The position numbers and the translations under genes are program-made. 64,000 bases of DNA, taken from contig JAYRIB010000004.1 in NCBI GenBank assembly GCA_041907025.1, positions 1,223-65,222 on the forward strand. Reading direction: 5' to 3'. Every line of letters starts with the position of its first letter. Position 1 is the first letter of the stretch. The notes under the pieces were generated by a model. That model was not told the origin of the DNA. It was given only the letters and a program-made list of their open reading frames with translations, and did not search any database. This stretch comes from Candidatus Saccharimonadia bacterium. GTDB lineage: Bacteria > Patescibacteriota > Saccharimonadia > CAILAD01 > JADZBC01. Shown piece by piece: positions 1 through 9,383 of this stretch.

Positions 1-1
1 C

Positions 2-121
2 TCGCCGCAACTCATGCTGGGGGCATTGGCCTTTGTCTCAGTACTTGGCTTCCTGGTGGTGCTTTATCCAGCATACAAGGCTGCGCACACCAACCCAGTT
101 GACTCTATGCGCCGCGACTAG
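2..121 (+). CDS. 3' end of FtsX/MacB-like ABC transporter permease (partial)
   Basis: Frame from position 2 reads SPQLMLGALAFVSVLGFLVVLYPAYKAAHTNPVDSMRRD*, matching the YPAxxAAxxxPVxxLR C-terminus of FtsX-type permeases. Confidence 0.75.
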   Translation, partial: SPQLMLGALAFVSVLGFLVVLYPAYKAAHTNPVDSMRRD

Positions 122-184
122 TTGCAGTCTTGATCGTTCGTAATATGTTTGGTTTATAAGGTAGTATGGCGTATAATAAGGGCT

Positions 185-1417
185 ATGAACGAAAGCCAAC
201 TACCACGCCCGCCCCAAGACTATGCAGTGATGTATGTCGACATGAATGCATTCTTTGCTTCGGTGGAGCAACAAGAGCACGTTGAGCTGCGCGGTAGGCC
301 AGTTGCGGTCGCTCCTTGCACGGCTGATAGCTGCTGTATCGTAGCGGCTTCGTACGAAGCGCGAGCTTATGGGATTGGTGTCGGTACGAGAATAGGTCAG
401 GCGCGTCAGCGCTGCCCGGGACTTGTGGTAGTGGGCGATAGCCCGGCCCTTTATCGGCACTATCACGAAGTGATTATGGCAATTTTACAGTCTACTTACT
501 GCCGGGTGGGGGTTAAGAGTATTGATGAGGCGTATTTGATAGTGCCCTCGTATGCTCGTGCTGAGGCGGATATATTGGCTTTAATAGAGGTAATAACGTC
601 ACGCATTCGTACGGACCTTGGTGAGTATATAAAGTGTTCGATTGGCGTTGGGCCGAACATTTGGTGTGCTAAGATGGCGGCCGGGCGCAACAAGCCAAAT
701 GGCCGAACCTTTGTCCATCTTGATGCTCTCTCGAGCTTCTATAAGGGCTTACCGCTTGTGCAATGTACAGGGATTGGTAGGCGATTAGCACGGCGTTTGT
801 ACGACGTTGGAGTGAGCGACACGGCAGATTTGGCCTCGCGCTCGCTGGCTACGATGCGTTCGTACTTAGGGGTGGTGGGCGAGAAGTGGTACCTGCGTTT
901 GCGCGGTTATGAGGTAGACATAGACGCCCCTCGCTGCCGCAAGAGTATTAGCCACCAGGTGACAGTGGTGGGCAAACGTAGTTTAAGCGCGACTGAGCGC
1001 CGTCGCTACACAGCGGCGCTTGCGCATCGGCTGAGCGCCCGTCTGCGCGGTTACGGTCTGTATGCTGGCGGTATTGGTTTGTTTGTGGCGCTCACGGGCT
1101 TTAAGGGCGTGCATACTCATATGATTTCGCGTTCGTTGACTGGGGACGGGGAGGTAACACAGGCCGCCCTTGGTTTGCTCGAGCGCTTAGATTTAGACGG
1201 TAGACAGATTCGGTTGTTTGCGCTGTATCTGGACGGACTAGCGTCGGTTTGCCAGTTGAGCTTGCCCTTATGCGCCTCAGCGGAGGCGGCACGCGATCAA
1301 TCCTTGAGCTTGGCAATTGATACTATTCATCGGCAATTTGGCCCCAGATCCGTGTTATGGGCCTCTGGACTCAAGGCTGAGCTTGTACCTGACCGTATTG
1401 GGTTCGGTAATCTTTAG
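185..1417 (+). CDS. dinB: Y-family DNA polymerase IV
   Basis: YVDMNAFFASVE, AASYEAR, SIDEAY and CSIGVGPN motifs; ATG 185 lies 7 nt after TATAAT. Confidence 0.92.
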   Translation: MNESQLPRPPQDYAVMYVDMNAFFASVEQQEHVELRGRPVAVAPCTADSCCIVAASYEARAYGIGVGTRIGQARQRCPGLVVVGDSPALYRHYHEVIMAILQSTYCRVGVKSIDEAYLIVPSYARAEADILALIEVITSRIRTDLGEYIKCSIGVGPNIWCAKMAAGRNKPNGRTFVHLDALSSFYKGLPLVQCTGIGRRLARRLYDVGVSDTADLASRSLATMRSYLGVVGEKWYLRLRGYEVDIDAPRCRKSISHQVTVVGKRSLSATERRRYTAALAHRLSARLRGYGLYAGGIGLFVALTGFKGVHTHMISRSLTGDGEVTQAALGLLERLDLDGRQIRLFALYLDGLASVCQLSLPLCASAEAARDQSLSLAIDTIHRQFGPRSVLWASGLKAELVPDRIGFGNL

Positions 1418-1494
1418 GCTGTGTGGGTGTCCAAAAAGCCCATGCTTGTAGTAAGGTTTTTTACTCTGCTAATCTAGGTTCAATAGGAGCAAGC

Positions 1495-3057
1495 ATGACA
1501 ACACGGCTCGAAGTTAACAAAACCCACAACCCGGTAAGCTCGGGGCCTGTGTTGTCACCAAAAATTCTTGAAAGTTTTGCTAGTAAGTTTAAGCGCACTG
1601 CACACTATGCAGAGCAGGACCTTGATATGGCCTTGGGGCTGTATATGCAGGGAGTCGTGCCGTTACGCACCTTGGCTCGAGAGGCAGTCAATCGACTGGA
1701 ATACCCCGTGACTATAGTGGCCGCTCGCGTGCAAGCTGGCGGTAATATAGCGAGAGAATGCATAGTTCAGCTTGCGGCACTCAGCCGTGGCCAGTATCGA
1801 GCCATAGACATGGGTGACGCACGTTTGTGTCTCGTACTAGAGGGTGACGCCGATCAAGATGAAGCCTGTACAATGTTGAAAAAGGCCGCTCGCAGCCTGG
1901 GCGGAACACTCAATATTGGTTTGCGCGAAGCCGTCGGTTCTGCCGAGCAGCTGCCGACAGCTTACGTCGAAGCAGAGTGTATAGCGAAACTCGGTATGCA
2001 ATTGTGGAGTAAGCCATACATTTATCGCCAGTCGGATATGGGTTTAACCCTTGGGTTATTGGGTAGTGAATCGGCCCGAAACCACGTAGGGCAAGAAAGC
2101 CAGCGCATTCTCGATGCCTTAGCTCGCCCGAAGGTGCTATTGCCGACCCTCAAGCTATTCTTCGCGAGTAATATGAGCCCAACAGAGGTTGCTCGACTTG
2201 GTAAAGTGCATCGCAATACAGTAGTCTATCGACTCGATAAAATTCGCCAGCTTACTGGCCTTGACCCACTGGATTTTAACGATGCCACCCAGCTGTATCT
2301 AGCCTCAGTTGTGCACGACATCGCTAGGGCTGGGGTAGTCACAACGGCTGGCTCGGAGCTCGGTGAGAGTGATGACTTGGCAGAGAAGGCGATTATCTCG
2401 CTCCTCAACGGTTCTGGTATGAGCGAGACTCGCGTGCGGGTGCTTCTGGAATCATCTGGCTTAGTACTACCACAAGACTTTAGTTTGTATCTTGTTGCCA
2501 GTGAGGATGACATGACGAATGTTGGGGTTAATACAACATTATCTGCGCAAGTTAAGCTTCGCCAGGGTTTATGGCTGCTTGTTGGGCTGAATTCAGCAAG
2601 GCAATCCGCCAAGGTAGCGGCTGGGCTAGCAGATCGGGGCAGCGTAGTTTACGCTACCAGCTCTCAGTTGGGTTCTCAGCTGGGCAGCGCGATCCCAGTT
2701 CTTATAAATGGTCAGGCAATCGTTGCTCAGTGCTGGCCAAACTTGCAGGTAGCACCTTTAGACAGCTACGCGGGACTCTTGGCCTTAATGGAGAGTTCTC
2801 GAGTACGAAAGTATGCTCAAGTTCGCGCTCAGGCGATTGTAGATAGACTGCGGCTCGTTAAGCAGCTCGAAACAACAGCTAGTGTATTGCTCGACACATC
2901 ACTTAATCTCACCTTGGCTGCACGACGGCTTAAGGTGCATCGCAATACACTCATTTACCGCGTTGGCCGGATTCGTCACTTGACCGGTTATGACCTCACC
3001 CGGTTTGAAGACGCGGTACAAATACGCTTAGCATTCTTGCTCGCTGAGTTGACTTGA
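1495..3057 (+). CDS. PucR/CdaR-family regulator with two HTH modules
   Basis: Two copies of the PucR C-terminal HTH motif (VHRNTVVYRLDKIRQLTGLD and VHRNTLIYRVGRIRHLTGYD); AGGAG before ATG 1495. Confidence 0.8.
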   Translation: MTTRLEVNKTHNPVSSGPVLSPKILESFASKFKRTAHYAEQDLDMALGLYMQGVVPLRTLAREAVNRLEYPVTIVAARVQAGGNIARECIVQLAALSRGQYRAIDMGDARLCLVLEGDADQDEACTMLKKAARSLGGTLNIGLREAVGSAEQLPTAYVEAECIAKLGMQLWSKPYIYRQSDMGLTLGLLGSESARNHVGQESQRILDALARPKVLLPTLKLFFASNMSPTEVARLGKVHRNTVVYRLDKIRQLTGLDPLDFNDATQLYLASVVHDIARAGVVTTAGSELGESDDLAEKAIISLLNGSGMSETRVRVLLESSGLVLPQDFSLYLVASEDDMTNVGVNTTLSAQVKLRQGLWLLVGLNSARQSAKVAAGLADRGSVVYATSSQLGSQLGSAIPVLINGQAIVAQCWPNLQVAPLDSYAGLLALMESSRVRKYAQVRAQAIVDRLRLVKQLETTASVLLDTSLNLTLAARRLKVHRNTLIYRVGRIRHLTGYDLTRFEDAVQIRLAFLLAELT

Positions 3058-3211
3058 GGCTAGAGATTATCTAGAGTTAAGTGTGCTAAGCAAGTTATGG
3101 GCCCTTAGCAAAGTTGGCATAGGCCATAGGCCGGTAAAGTAAAAAGTGCACCAAAGCGCTCCAAGACATCACCTAGTGTAGTACCATCACAATACCCCGA
3201 TAAACATATGT

Positions 3212-3288
3212 GGGCCCTTAGCTCAGTTGGCTAGAGCGCTTCCTTGACGTGGAAGAGGTCAGTGGTTCGAATCCTCTAGGGCCCACCA
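3212..3288 (+). tRNA. tRNA-Val(GAC)
   Basis: Cloverleaf GGGCCCT/AGGGCCC, anticodon arm CTTCC-TTGACGT-GGAAG, GGTTCGAATCC T-arm, encoded CCA. Confidence 0.97.
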
Positions 3289-3431
3289 TCTCTGCCTTTT
3301 TGCGCAGCAAGAAGTTAGAGATGGTGATTCAAGAATATGAGAACCAGGTTCGGTGTAGTACGGCGCGCAGCGTGATGATCAAGCTTGCTTGAGCAATCAC
3401 CAAGCACCGTGCGGAGGTGGCGTCAGCCACC

Positions 3432-3449
3432 ATCCTCTAGGGCCCACCA
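3432..3449 (+). repeat. 18-bp direct repeat of the tRNA-Val 3' end (att-like)
   Basis: ATCCTCTAGGGCCCACCA occurs at 3271-3288 and 3432-3449. Confidence 0.9.
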
Positions 3450-3484
3450 GAACATGTAATTATTTGGAGCTGAATTTGTCACAA

Positions 3485-4090
3485 ATGTCTAAGCGAGAGG
3501 CCCGTGATTACCTCAAAAAGCACAATGTGTTGAGGGAGAATGGGCATTATGTGTATACCTCGGGCAAGCACGGCGATACGTACTTAAACAAAGACGCCTT
3601 GCTGCCGCACGTGGAGTTGGTGAGTGAGATATGCGAGCAGATTGCGACTGAGTTCGTTGGTCGGGACATTGAAGTAGTTTTGGGTCCGGTGGCCGGCGGA
3701 GTGGTGCTTAGTCAATGGGTGGCGCATCATCTGGGCAAGATTGAAGGCCGCGAGGTATTGTCTGTTTATGCTGACAAACGGAAGACGGAAGGTGAATTCA
3801 TCATTCGCCGTGGTTACGACGAGATGATCCGCGGCAAGCGCATATTGCTTGTTGATGACATTATTAACCAGGGCTCTTCGCTTCGAGGGCTGCAGCGCGA
3901 GGTTGCCCTGATAGAGTGCGAAGTAGATGGGGTGGGGTGCCTGTGTAATAGGTATGAATCAACTGCCGAGGACTTTGGCGTGCCAAAGCTATACAGTTAC
4001 ATTGCATTCAAGCTCAACATCTACGATCCAGACGATTGTCCGCTATGTAGGGCAGACGTACCCTTGAGTAAAGGCTTGGGTCACGCTTGA
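3485..4090 (+). CDS. pyrE: Orotate phosphoribosyltransferase
   Basis: GHYVYTSGKHGDTYLNK, PRPP-binding ILLVDDIINQGSS and C-terminal CPLC. Confidence 0.85.
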   Translation: MSKREARDYLKKHNVLRENGHYVYTSGKHGDTYLNKDALLPHVELVSEICEQIATEFVGRDIEVVLGPVAGGVVLSQWVAHHLGKIEGREVLSVYADKRKTEGEFIIRRGYDEMIRGKRILLVDDIINQGSSLRGLQREVALIECEVDGVGCLCNRYESTAEDFGVPKLYSYIAFKLNIYDPDDCPLCRADVPLSKGLGHA

Positions 4091-4121
4091 GAAACCACGG
4101 GTTTTGGAGTATGCTAGGGCT

Positions 4122-4275
4122 AGATTAAGAGAGCGTTTGAGCTAGGTCTAACCACCCAAGCGAGCTCCGCGGCTGACGACGCGTTACAAGTCAGAAAGAG
4201 TGATCCACCAAGGATAAGCCCGGTGGAACCCCCCGAAAATTCGGGGCCGGGCAATCATCATTTTGGTGGTTTTTG
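4122..4275 (+). promoter_or_regulatory. T-box riboswitch leader of thrS
   Basis: Antiterminator GCCCGG-TGGAACC-CCCCGAA/TTCGGGG-CCGGGC at 4218-4252, ACC (Thr) codons at 4151-4156, downstream hairpin plus T run, upstream TTGAGA-N17-TATGCT promoter. Confidence 0.85.
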
Positions 4276-4304
4276 TGTAATAATCCAAGTAGAGGAGTCA
4301 TAAA

Positions 4305-6128
4305 ATGGCAGATCAGCTAAAAAATAAGGTAGACATCGAGGCTATGCGGCACTCGGTCGCTCATATGTTGGCCGCCGCAGTACAGAAGTTGCACCCTGAT
4401 GCGCAGTTTGGCGTCGGCCCAGTGGTGGAGAATGGCTTTTATTATGACATTAAGCCTAGTAAGGCATTGAGTAGTGATGATTTGGGCGCCATCGAAGCTG
4501 AGATGGCAAAGATCGCATTAGCCGATGAGGATTTTGTACGTGAGGAATGGCTGATTGACGAAGCCATAACGTATTTCAAAGAGCATAATCAGCCATTTAA
4601 GGTCGAGTTGCTCAAAGACCTCAAAACCAAAGGGACGACATCGCTGAAAGACACTGGCGATGAAAACTTAGTTGGTAATAATGTTGCTGGAGTTACAACG
4701 GTTACCATATACAGAACAGGTGACTTTGTTGACTTATGCCGCGGCCCACACATAGGAAGCACTTCTCAGGCCGGTGCCTACAAGCTTACCAAGCTGGCCG
4801 GAGCCTACTGGCGCGGGGACGAGAAGAATCCGCAGATGCAACGCGTGTATGGCGTGGCGTTTGCGACTAGTGAGGAGCTTGGTCACTATTTGGCCATGAT
4901 CGAAGAGGCCGAGAAGCGTGATCACCGTAAGCTAGGCAGAGAGCTCGACCTGTTTGTGTTCTCAGATCTTGTAGGTTCAGGCCTGCCGATGTACACGCCA
5001 CGGGGCACAATTCTTCGTAACCAGCTCGACAATTTCGTACAAGAGATGCGTAATGAGTACGATTACGAAGAAGTGTCTGTGCCGCACATAACTAAAAAGG
5101 ATGCCTACATTGCCAGCGGACACTGGCAGAAGTTCTCAGATGAACTCTTTAAGGTGAATACAAGGGAAGGGCATGAGTTTGCCATGAAGCCGATGAATTG
5201 TCCGCATCATGCTCAGATCTACGCAAGTCGCGCTCGATCGTATCGGGATTTGCCCATTCGTTACCGCGAGACGACGACGTGTTATCGTGACGAGCAGACG
5301 GGTGAGCTCTCGGGCCTTAACAGGACACGGGCCTTTGCTCAAGATGATGCGCATGTGTTCTGCCGACCAGAGCAAGTGCAAGAAGAAGTCACAAAAATAT
5401 GGAGCATTATTGAGAAGTTTTATGCCACACTGGGCTTTGATGACTTAACTGTTCGGTTCTCACGGCATGATAGCGAGAATATGGCGTCATATTCTGGCGG
5501 TGAAGCTGCTTGGAGGGATGCCGAAGCTCAGCTTCTTGCGATTATCAAAGACAAGGTAGGTGATGGTTACGTGGACGGTGTAGGTGAGGCTGCATTCTAT
5601 GGCCCTAAGATAGACTTTATGGGCCGAGATGCGTTGGGTCGAGAGTCACAAGTGGCAACCATTCAGCTCGACTTTAACCAGCCTGCTGGCTTTGGGCTTG
5701 AGTTTATCGATGAACAGGGCCAAAAACAGCAACCAGTGATGATTCACGCTGCAATCATGGGCTCGATTGAGCGTTTTCTGTCGGTCTACATAGAGCATGT
5801 AGGCGGTGCCTTCCCGACTTGGTTAGCCCCCGAGCAAGTCCGAGTCTTGCCGGTGTCGGATAAGTTTGCCGAGTATGGCGCTCAAGTAGCTGCCGAGCTT
5901 AAGGCCGCCGGGGTGCGTGTGAAGCTCGATGATGACAATGAGTCACTTGGTAAGCGCATACGTGCTGCTGAAGCCATGAAGGTTCCCTACACGCTCATAG
6001 TGGGTGAGAGGGAACAGGAAGCCGGCGAGGTGGCTGTGCGCAAGCGAGGCGAGGGCGACAAAGGCAGTAAGAGTTCCAGGGAGTTTGTGAAAGACATTCT
6101 TGCCGAAATAAGTTCACGAAAGGCTTAG
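4305..6128 (+). CDS. thrS: Threonine--tRNA ligase
   Basis: RHSVAH, DLCRGPH, KRDHRKLG, KPMNCP and AAFYGPKIDF motifs. Confidence 0.98.
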   Translation: MADQLKNKVDIEAMRHSVAHMLAAAVQKLHPDAQFGVGPVVENGFYYDIKPSKALSSDDLGAIEAEMAKIALADEDFVREEWLIDEAITYFKEHNQPFKVELLKDLKTKGTTSLKDTGDENLVGNNVAGVTTVTIYRTGDFVDLCRGPHIGSTSQAGAYKLTKLAGAYWRGDEKNPQMQRVYGVAFATSEELGHYLAMIEEAEKRDHRKLGRELDLFVFSDLVGSGLPMYTPRGTILRNQLDNFVQEMRNEYDYEEVSVPHITKKDAYIASGHWQKFSDELFKVNTREGHEFAMKPMNCPHHAQIYASRARSYRDLPIRYRETTTCYRDEQTGELSGLNRTRAFAQDDAHVFCRPEQVQEEVTKIWSIIEKFYATLGFDDLTVRFSRHDSENMASYSGGEAAWRDAEAQLLAIIKDKVGDGYVDGVGEAAFYGPKIDFMGRDALGRESQVATIQLDFNQPAGFGLEFIDEQGQKQQPVMIHAAIMGSIERFLSVYIEHVGGAFPTWLAPEQVRVLPVSDKFAEYGAQVAAELKAAGVRVKLDDDNESLGKRIRAAEAMKVPYTLIVGEREQEAGEVAVRKRGEGDKGSKSSREFVKDILAEISSRKA

Positions 6129-6133
6129 ATAGT

Positions 6134-6628
6134 ATGACGAACTTAGTCCAAGGGAGCAAAGAATACCCCTACCATATCTCTGTAGGTGCTGTGCTCGTTA
6201 ATAGTGAGCGTAAGGTCTGCGCACATTACTTTGACGAACTCCAGATTGGCTCCAGGAAGGCGAAGGACTTTTATATCCTAATGCGGGAAACGCCTGAGCC
6301 AGGGGAGTCGCTAGAGGCTACTTTGGAGCGTGGGTTGCGCGAAGAGTTTGGAGCTACGGCTACCACAAGGCATTTTATCGGAAGTGTGTTGGCGAATATC
6401 GGCGGAGTAGAATCTCTTAAAGAAAAGACAACTCTGTACTTCCTGTGTGACGTTATAGCTCATGAAGCATCCCTGCGTGAGAATATTGATGCAGAGAGTA
6501 GCAGTAAGGTAGGTTGGTATGACCCTGACTTTTTAATCGCCAGAATGAAACAGCAGAGTAGAGAGACTGGCTATGAAGATATCGATGAATCAATGATACT
6601 CGAAAGGGCACAGCAATATCTAAGCTAA
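6134..6628 (+). CDS. NUDIX hydrolase
   Basis: Nudix-box-like EPGESLEATLERGLREEFG. Confidence 0.8.
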   Translation: MTNLVQGSKEYPYHISVGAVLVNSERKVCAHYFDELQIGSRKAKDFYILMRETPEPGESLEATLERGLREEFGATATTRHFIGSVLANIGGVESLKEKTTLYFLCDVIAHEASLRENIDAESSSKVGWYDPDFLIARMKQQSRETGYEDIDESMILERAQQYLS

Positions 6629-7479
6629 TTACCATTGTTGGCCCAACGGCGAGCGGGAAGTCAGCGCTCGCTATGGAGCTCGCCCAAAAGTATGATGGCG
6701 AGATCATCTGCGCTGACTCACGCACCATTTATAAAGGTTTTGACATTGGTACGGCCAAGCCTTGCCGCGAAGACCGGGCGCTCGTGCCTCATCATTTGCT
6801 CGACATCTGTGAACCAGGTGAGGAGTTCAGTGCCGCCCAGTTTAAAGTGTTGGCTGAGGCTACGATTCATGACATCTGGAGGCGGGGTAACGTGCCATTT
6901 TTGGTAGGGGGCAGCGGCATGTATGTGGATAGTGTGCTGTTTGGCTATCAGTTTCGTGAGAGCGGCGAGGAATCAAAGGACTACTCGGCTGCCACGCTAG
7001 AAGAGCTGCAGCGGCTAGTAGCCGAGCAATATCCCGCCGAATTCGAGACTATAGATAGGCAAAACAGACGGCGATTAGAGCAGATTTTGGCGCGAGGGGT
7101 GGCCGATAGCAAAGATCGCAAGGAGCTTGCATACGATACACTTATCCTAGGCCTGGCGCCCGATAGGCTTTTACTAAAGCAAAAAATAGCTGATCGCATA
7201 GAGGCCATGTTGAACAATGGATTTGTTCAAGAGGTTGAAGACCTCATGGAACGCTACGGCAGTGACTGTCCGCAGCTAGGGATTATAGGTTACAAGCATG
7301 CACAGGATTACCTTGAGGGCAATGTATCACTTCCGGAGCTCAAAGAGCGCTTTGCTCGAGACGATGGAGCTCTCGCCAAGCGGCAGATGACGTGGTTTAA
7401 GCGTAACGAGGCTATTCATTGGCTAACTGCAGCTGGCGAAGCCGAGGAGTTGGTTAGTGACTATTTGTCGCACCCGTAA
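6616..7479 (+). CDS. miaA: tRNA dimethylallyltransferase; start probably non-canonical, upstream of ATG 6673
   Basis: In-frame P-loop IVGPTASGKS lies upstream of the first ATG; IICADSRTIY, DIGTAKP, VGGSGMY and AKRQMTWF motifs. Confidence 0.93.
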   Translation: MSKLITIVGPTASGKSALAMELAQKYDGEIICADSRTIYKGFDIGTAKPCREDRALVPHHLLDICEPGEEFSAAQFKVLAEATIHDIWRRGNVPFLVGGSGMYVDSVLFGYQFRESGEESKDYSAATLEELQRLVAEQYPAEFETIDRQNRRRLEQILARGVADSKDRKELAYDTLILGLAPDRLLLKQKIADRIEAMLNNGFVQEVEDLMERYGSDCPQLGIIGYKHAQDYLEGNVSLPELKERFARDDGALAKRQMTWFKRNEAIHWLTAAGEAEELVSDYLSHP

Positions 7480-7595
7480 GCAAAATATCTTGCATAAAAG
7501 CATTGGCATTTATGAGCGCAAAGGCCTATAATACGACCTATACACAGCAATAAACGCGCATTATTGCACACATTTTGAGGTAGGAGACAACAGAT

Positions 7596-8300
7596 ATGCG
7601 CTTCGAACAATTGTTTGGATCAAAGACCAGAGTGAAGCTTCTGAGCTTGTTTTATAACAACCCAGAGCGGCCTTTTTACGTGCGCGAGATTACGCGCAAG
7701 GTTGATGAACAGATTAACTCGGTGCGCCGCGAGCTACAGAACCTACTCAACATCGGCATCGTCAAATCAGTGAACCAGTCGAACCGCTTGTATTACGAAG
7801 TTGACCCTAAGTACAAATTCCACGCTCAGTTGCAATCAATCTTCCAGCAGATCCCAGCAAAGTCTAAGGCCATTAAGGAGACTAAAGAAGAAGACCAAAT
7901 TCTCAAGAAGATATCGAAGGCGGGGAATGTAAAAATGATCTTCTTATCTGGTGCTTTTGTGCGTGGTAGTAACCAGAACGTCGACATTTGCATAGTGGGC
8001 GACATGAACAAGGCGCAACTGGCCAAAATAGTCGGTGACATGGAGCAAGAAATGAGCCGCGAGCTAAACTACTGGGTGATGCGTGTAGAGGACTTTGACT
8101 ATCGCCGTAACCTAAACGATCGCTCGCTGATGGATATCTTAGACGCCAAGAAGATCGTGCTACTCGATACGCTGGAGATATTTGGGAAAGCGCCTGTGGA
8201 GTCGACTGCTTCAGCTGGCTTTTCTGAAGCCGACTTGTCTGGACCCAATCCAAACATTTCTACCGACGACGCCATCAAAGTAACGGTGAACGAAGGCTAA
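7596..8300 (+). CDS. Winged-helix protein with a nucleotidyltransferase-like domain
   Basis: LFGSKTRVKLL...YVREITR...NSVRRELQNL wHTH followed by LSGAF...VDICIVG. Confidence 0.7.
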   Translation: MRFEQLFGSKTRVKLLSLFYNNPERPFYVREITRKVDEQINSVRRELQNLLNIGIVKSVNQSNRLYYEVDPKYKFHAQLQSIFQQIPAKSKAIKETKEEDQILKKISKAGNVKMIFLSGAFVRGSNQNVDICIVGDMNKAQLAKIVGDMEQEMSRELNYWVMRVEDFDYRRNLNDRSLMDILDAKKIVLLDTLEIFGKAPVESTASAGFSEADLSGPNPNISTDDAIKVTVNEG

Positions 8301-8301
8301 C

Positions 8302-9327
8302 ATGGCGCAGCAGCAGCGTGTAACTGTCGATATCTCACTACGAACCTTCTGGTATGTATTGGGCGCGTTTGCCATTGTCGCTTTGCTATGGATGATTGCT
8401 GACGTTTTGATCTTGCTGTTTGCCAGTATAATATTTGCCGCAGCCCTGGATCCGTCGGTCAAGGCGCTGCAGCGTCTTAAGTTGCCGCGTGTGGTGGCCG
8501 TAGCTCTGATATATCTTATATTCATAGCTGTTGTGATAGGTACGGTCTTGTTGATTGTCCCAACTGTTTCGGCTCAAATTGAAACGATTTCGAACAACAT
8601 TCCTGCCTATCAAGAGAAGTTGCGCCAGTTGGTCGACCAGAGCCCTCAGTTGGAGCAAATGTACCTAAAGCTTACACAGCAAACATCTTCGATATCCGAA
8701 AACCTTGTAAGTAATGTTGCGCCAGTTGCCGCAGGCTTGTTTAGCGGTGTGGTTGGGTTACTAACCTTTTTGGTCTTAACGTTTTACATGCTCTCAGGCG
8801 GAAAGCGCTTGGCGACAACCGCTTTTGACTTTATACCCGAGAAACACACCAAGAAGCGTCTTATTGCCTTGAGCCTGGCTATTTCGACTAAGCTTGGCTA
8901 TTGGTTGCGCGGACAGGCTATTCTAGGAATTATCATTTTCATTGCCAGCTTCATTGGACTGAGCTTCATTGGTGTTGAGTACGCGCTTACCCTGGCGGTC
9001 ATTGCCGGAATCTTTGAGTTAGTACCATTGATCGGTGCATATTTGGGCGCCATTCCAGCTATTCTTGTGGCGGTAACAACGTCGCCTGGCAAGGGCTTGG
9101 CTGTGGCGATTATGTTCCTCGTCATTCAGCAGCTGGAAGGTCAGGTGATCGTACCACAAGTCATGAAGCGTGCGCTTGGCCTGCCGCCTATCATTATTCT
9201 GCCTGCCGTCCTGATCGGCGGTAAGCTGCTTGGCTTTATCGGTATATTGTTGGCAGCACCGGTTGCCGCTGCCGTCTTGGTAGTGGTAGAGGATGTCTTG
9301 CGTCAGCCCGACTTAAGCAAAGAATAG
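8302..9327 (+). CDS. AI-2E (UPF0118/PerM) family transporter
   Basis: Multiple TM segments, WLRGQ, ELVPLIG, IQQLEG and GILLAAP motifs. Confidence 0.9.
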   Translation: MAQQQRVTVDISLRTFWYVLGAFAIVALLWMIADVLILLFASIIFAAALDPSVKALQRLKLPRVVAVALIYLIFIAVVIGTVLLIVPTVSAQIETISNNIPAYQEKLRQLVDQSPQLEQMYLKLTQQTSSISENLVSNVAPVAAGLFSGVVGLLTFLVLTFYMLSGGKRLATTAFDFIPEKHTKKRLIALSLAISTKLGYWLRGQAILGIIIFIASFIGLSFIGVEYALTLAVIAGIFELVPLIGAYLGAIPAILVAVTTSPGKGLAVAIMFLVIQQLEGQVIVPQVMKRALGLPPIIILPAVLIGGKLLGFIGILLAAPVAAAVLVVVEDVLRQPDLSKE

Positions 9328-9383
9328 CCATAAGAAACTACACCACCTGGATGGCGTGGTAAATCTTTGCTAGAATACAATAC

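Noticed and set aside
3389-3484. N-terminal extension of PyrE
   Set aside because: It runs through the tRNA 3' repeat and hairpins; homology-like sequence begins at ATG 3485.
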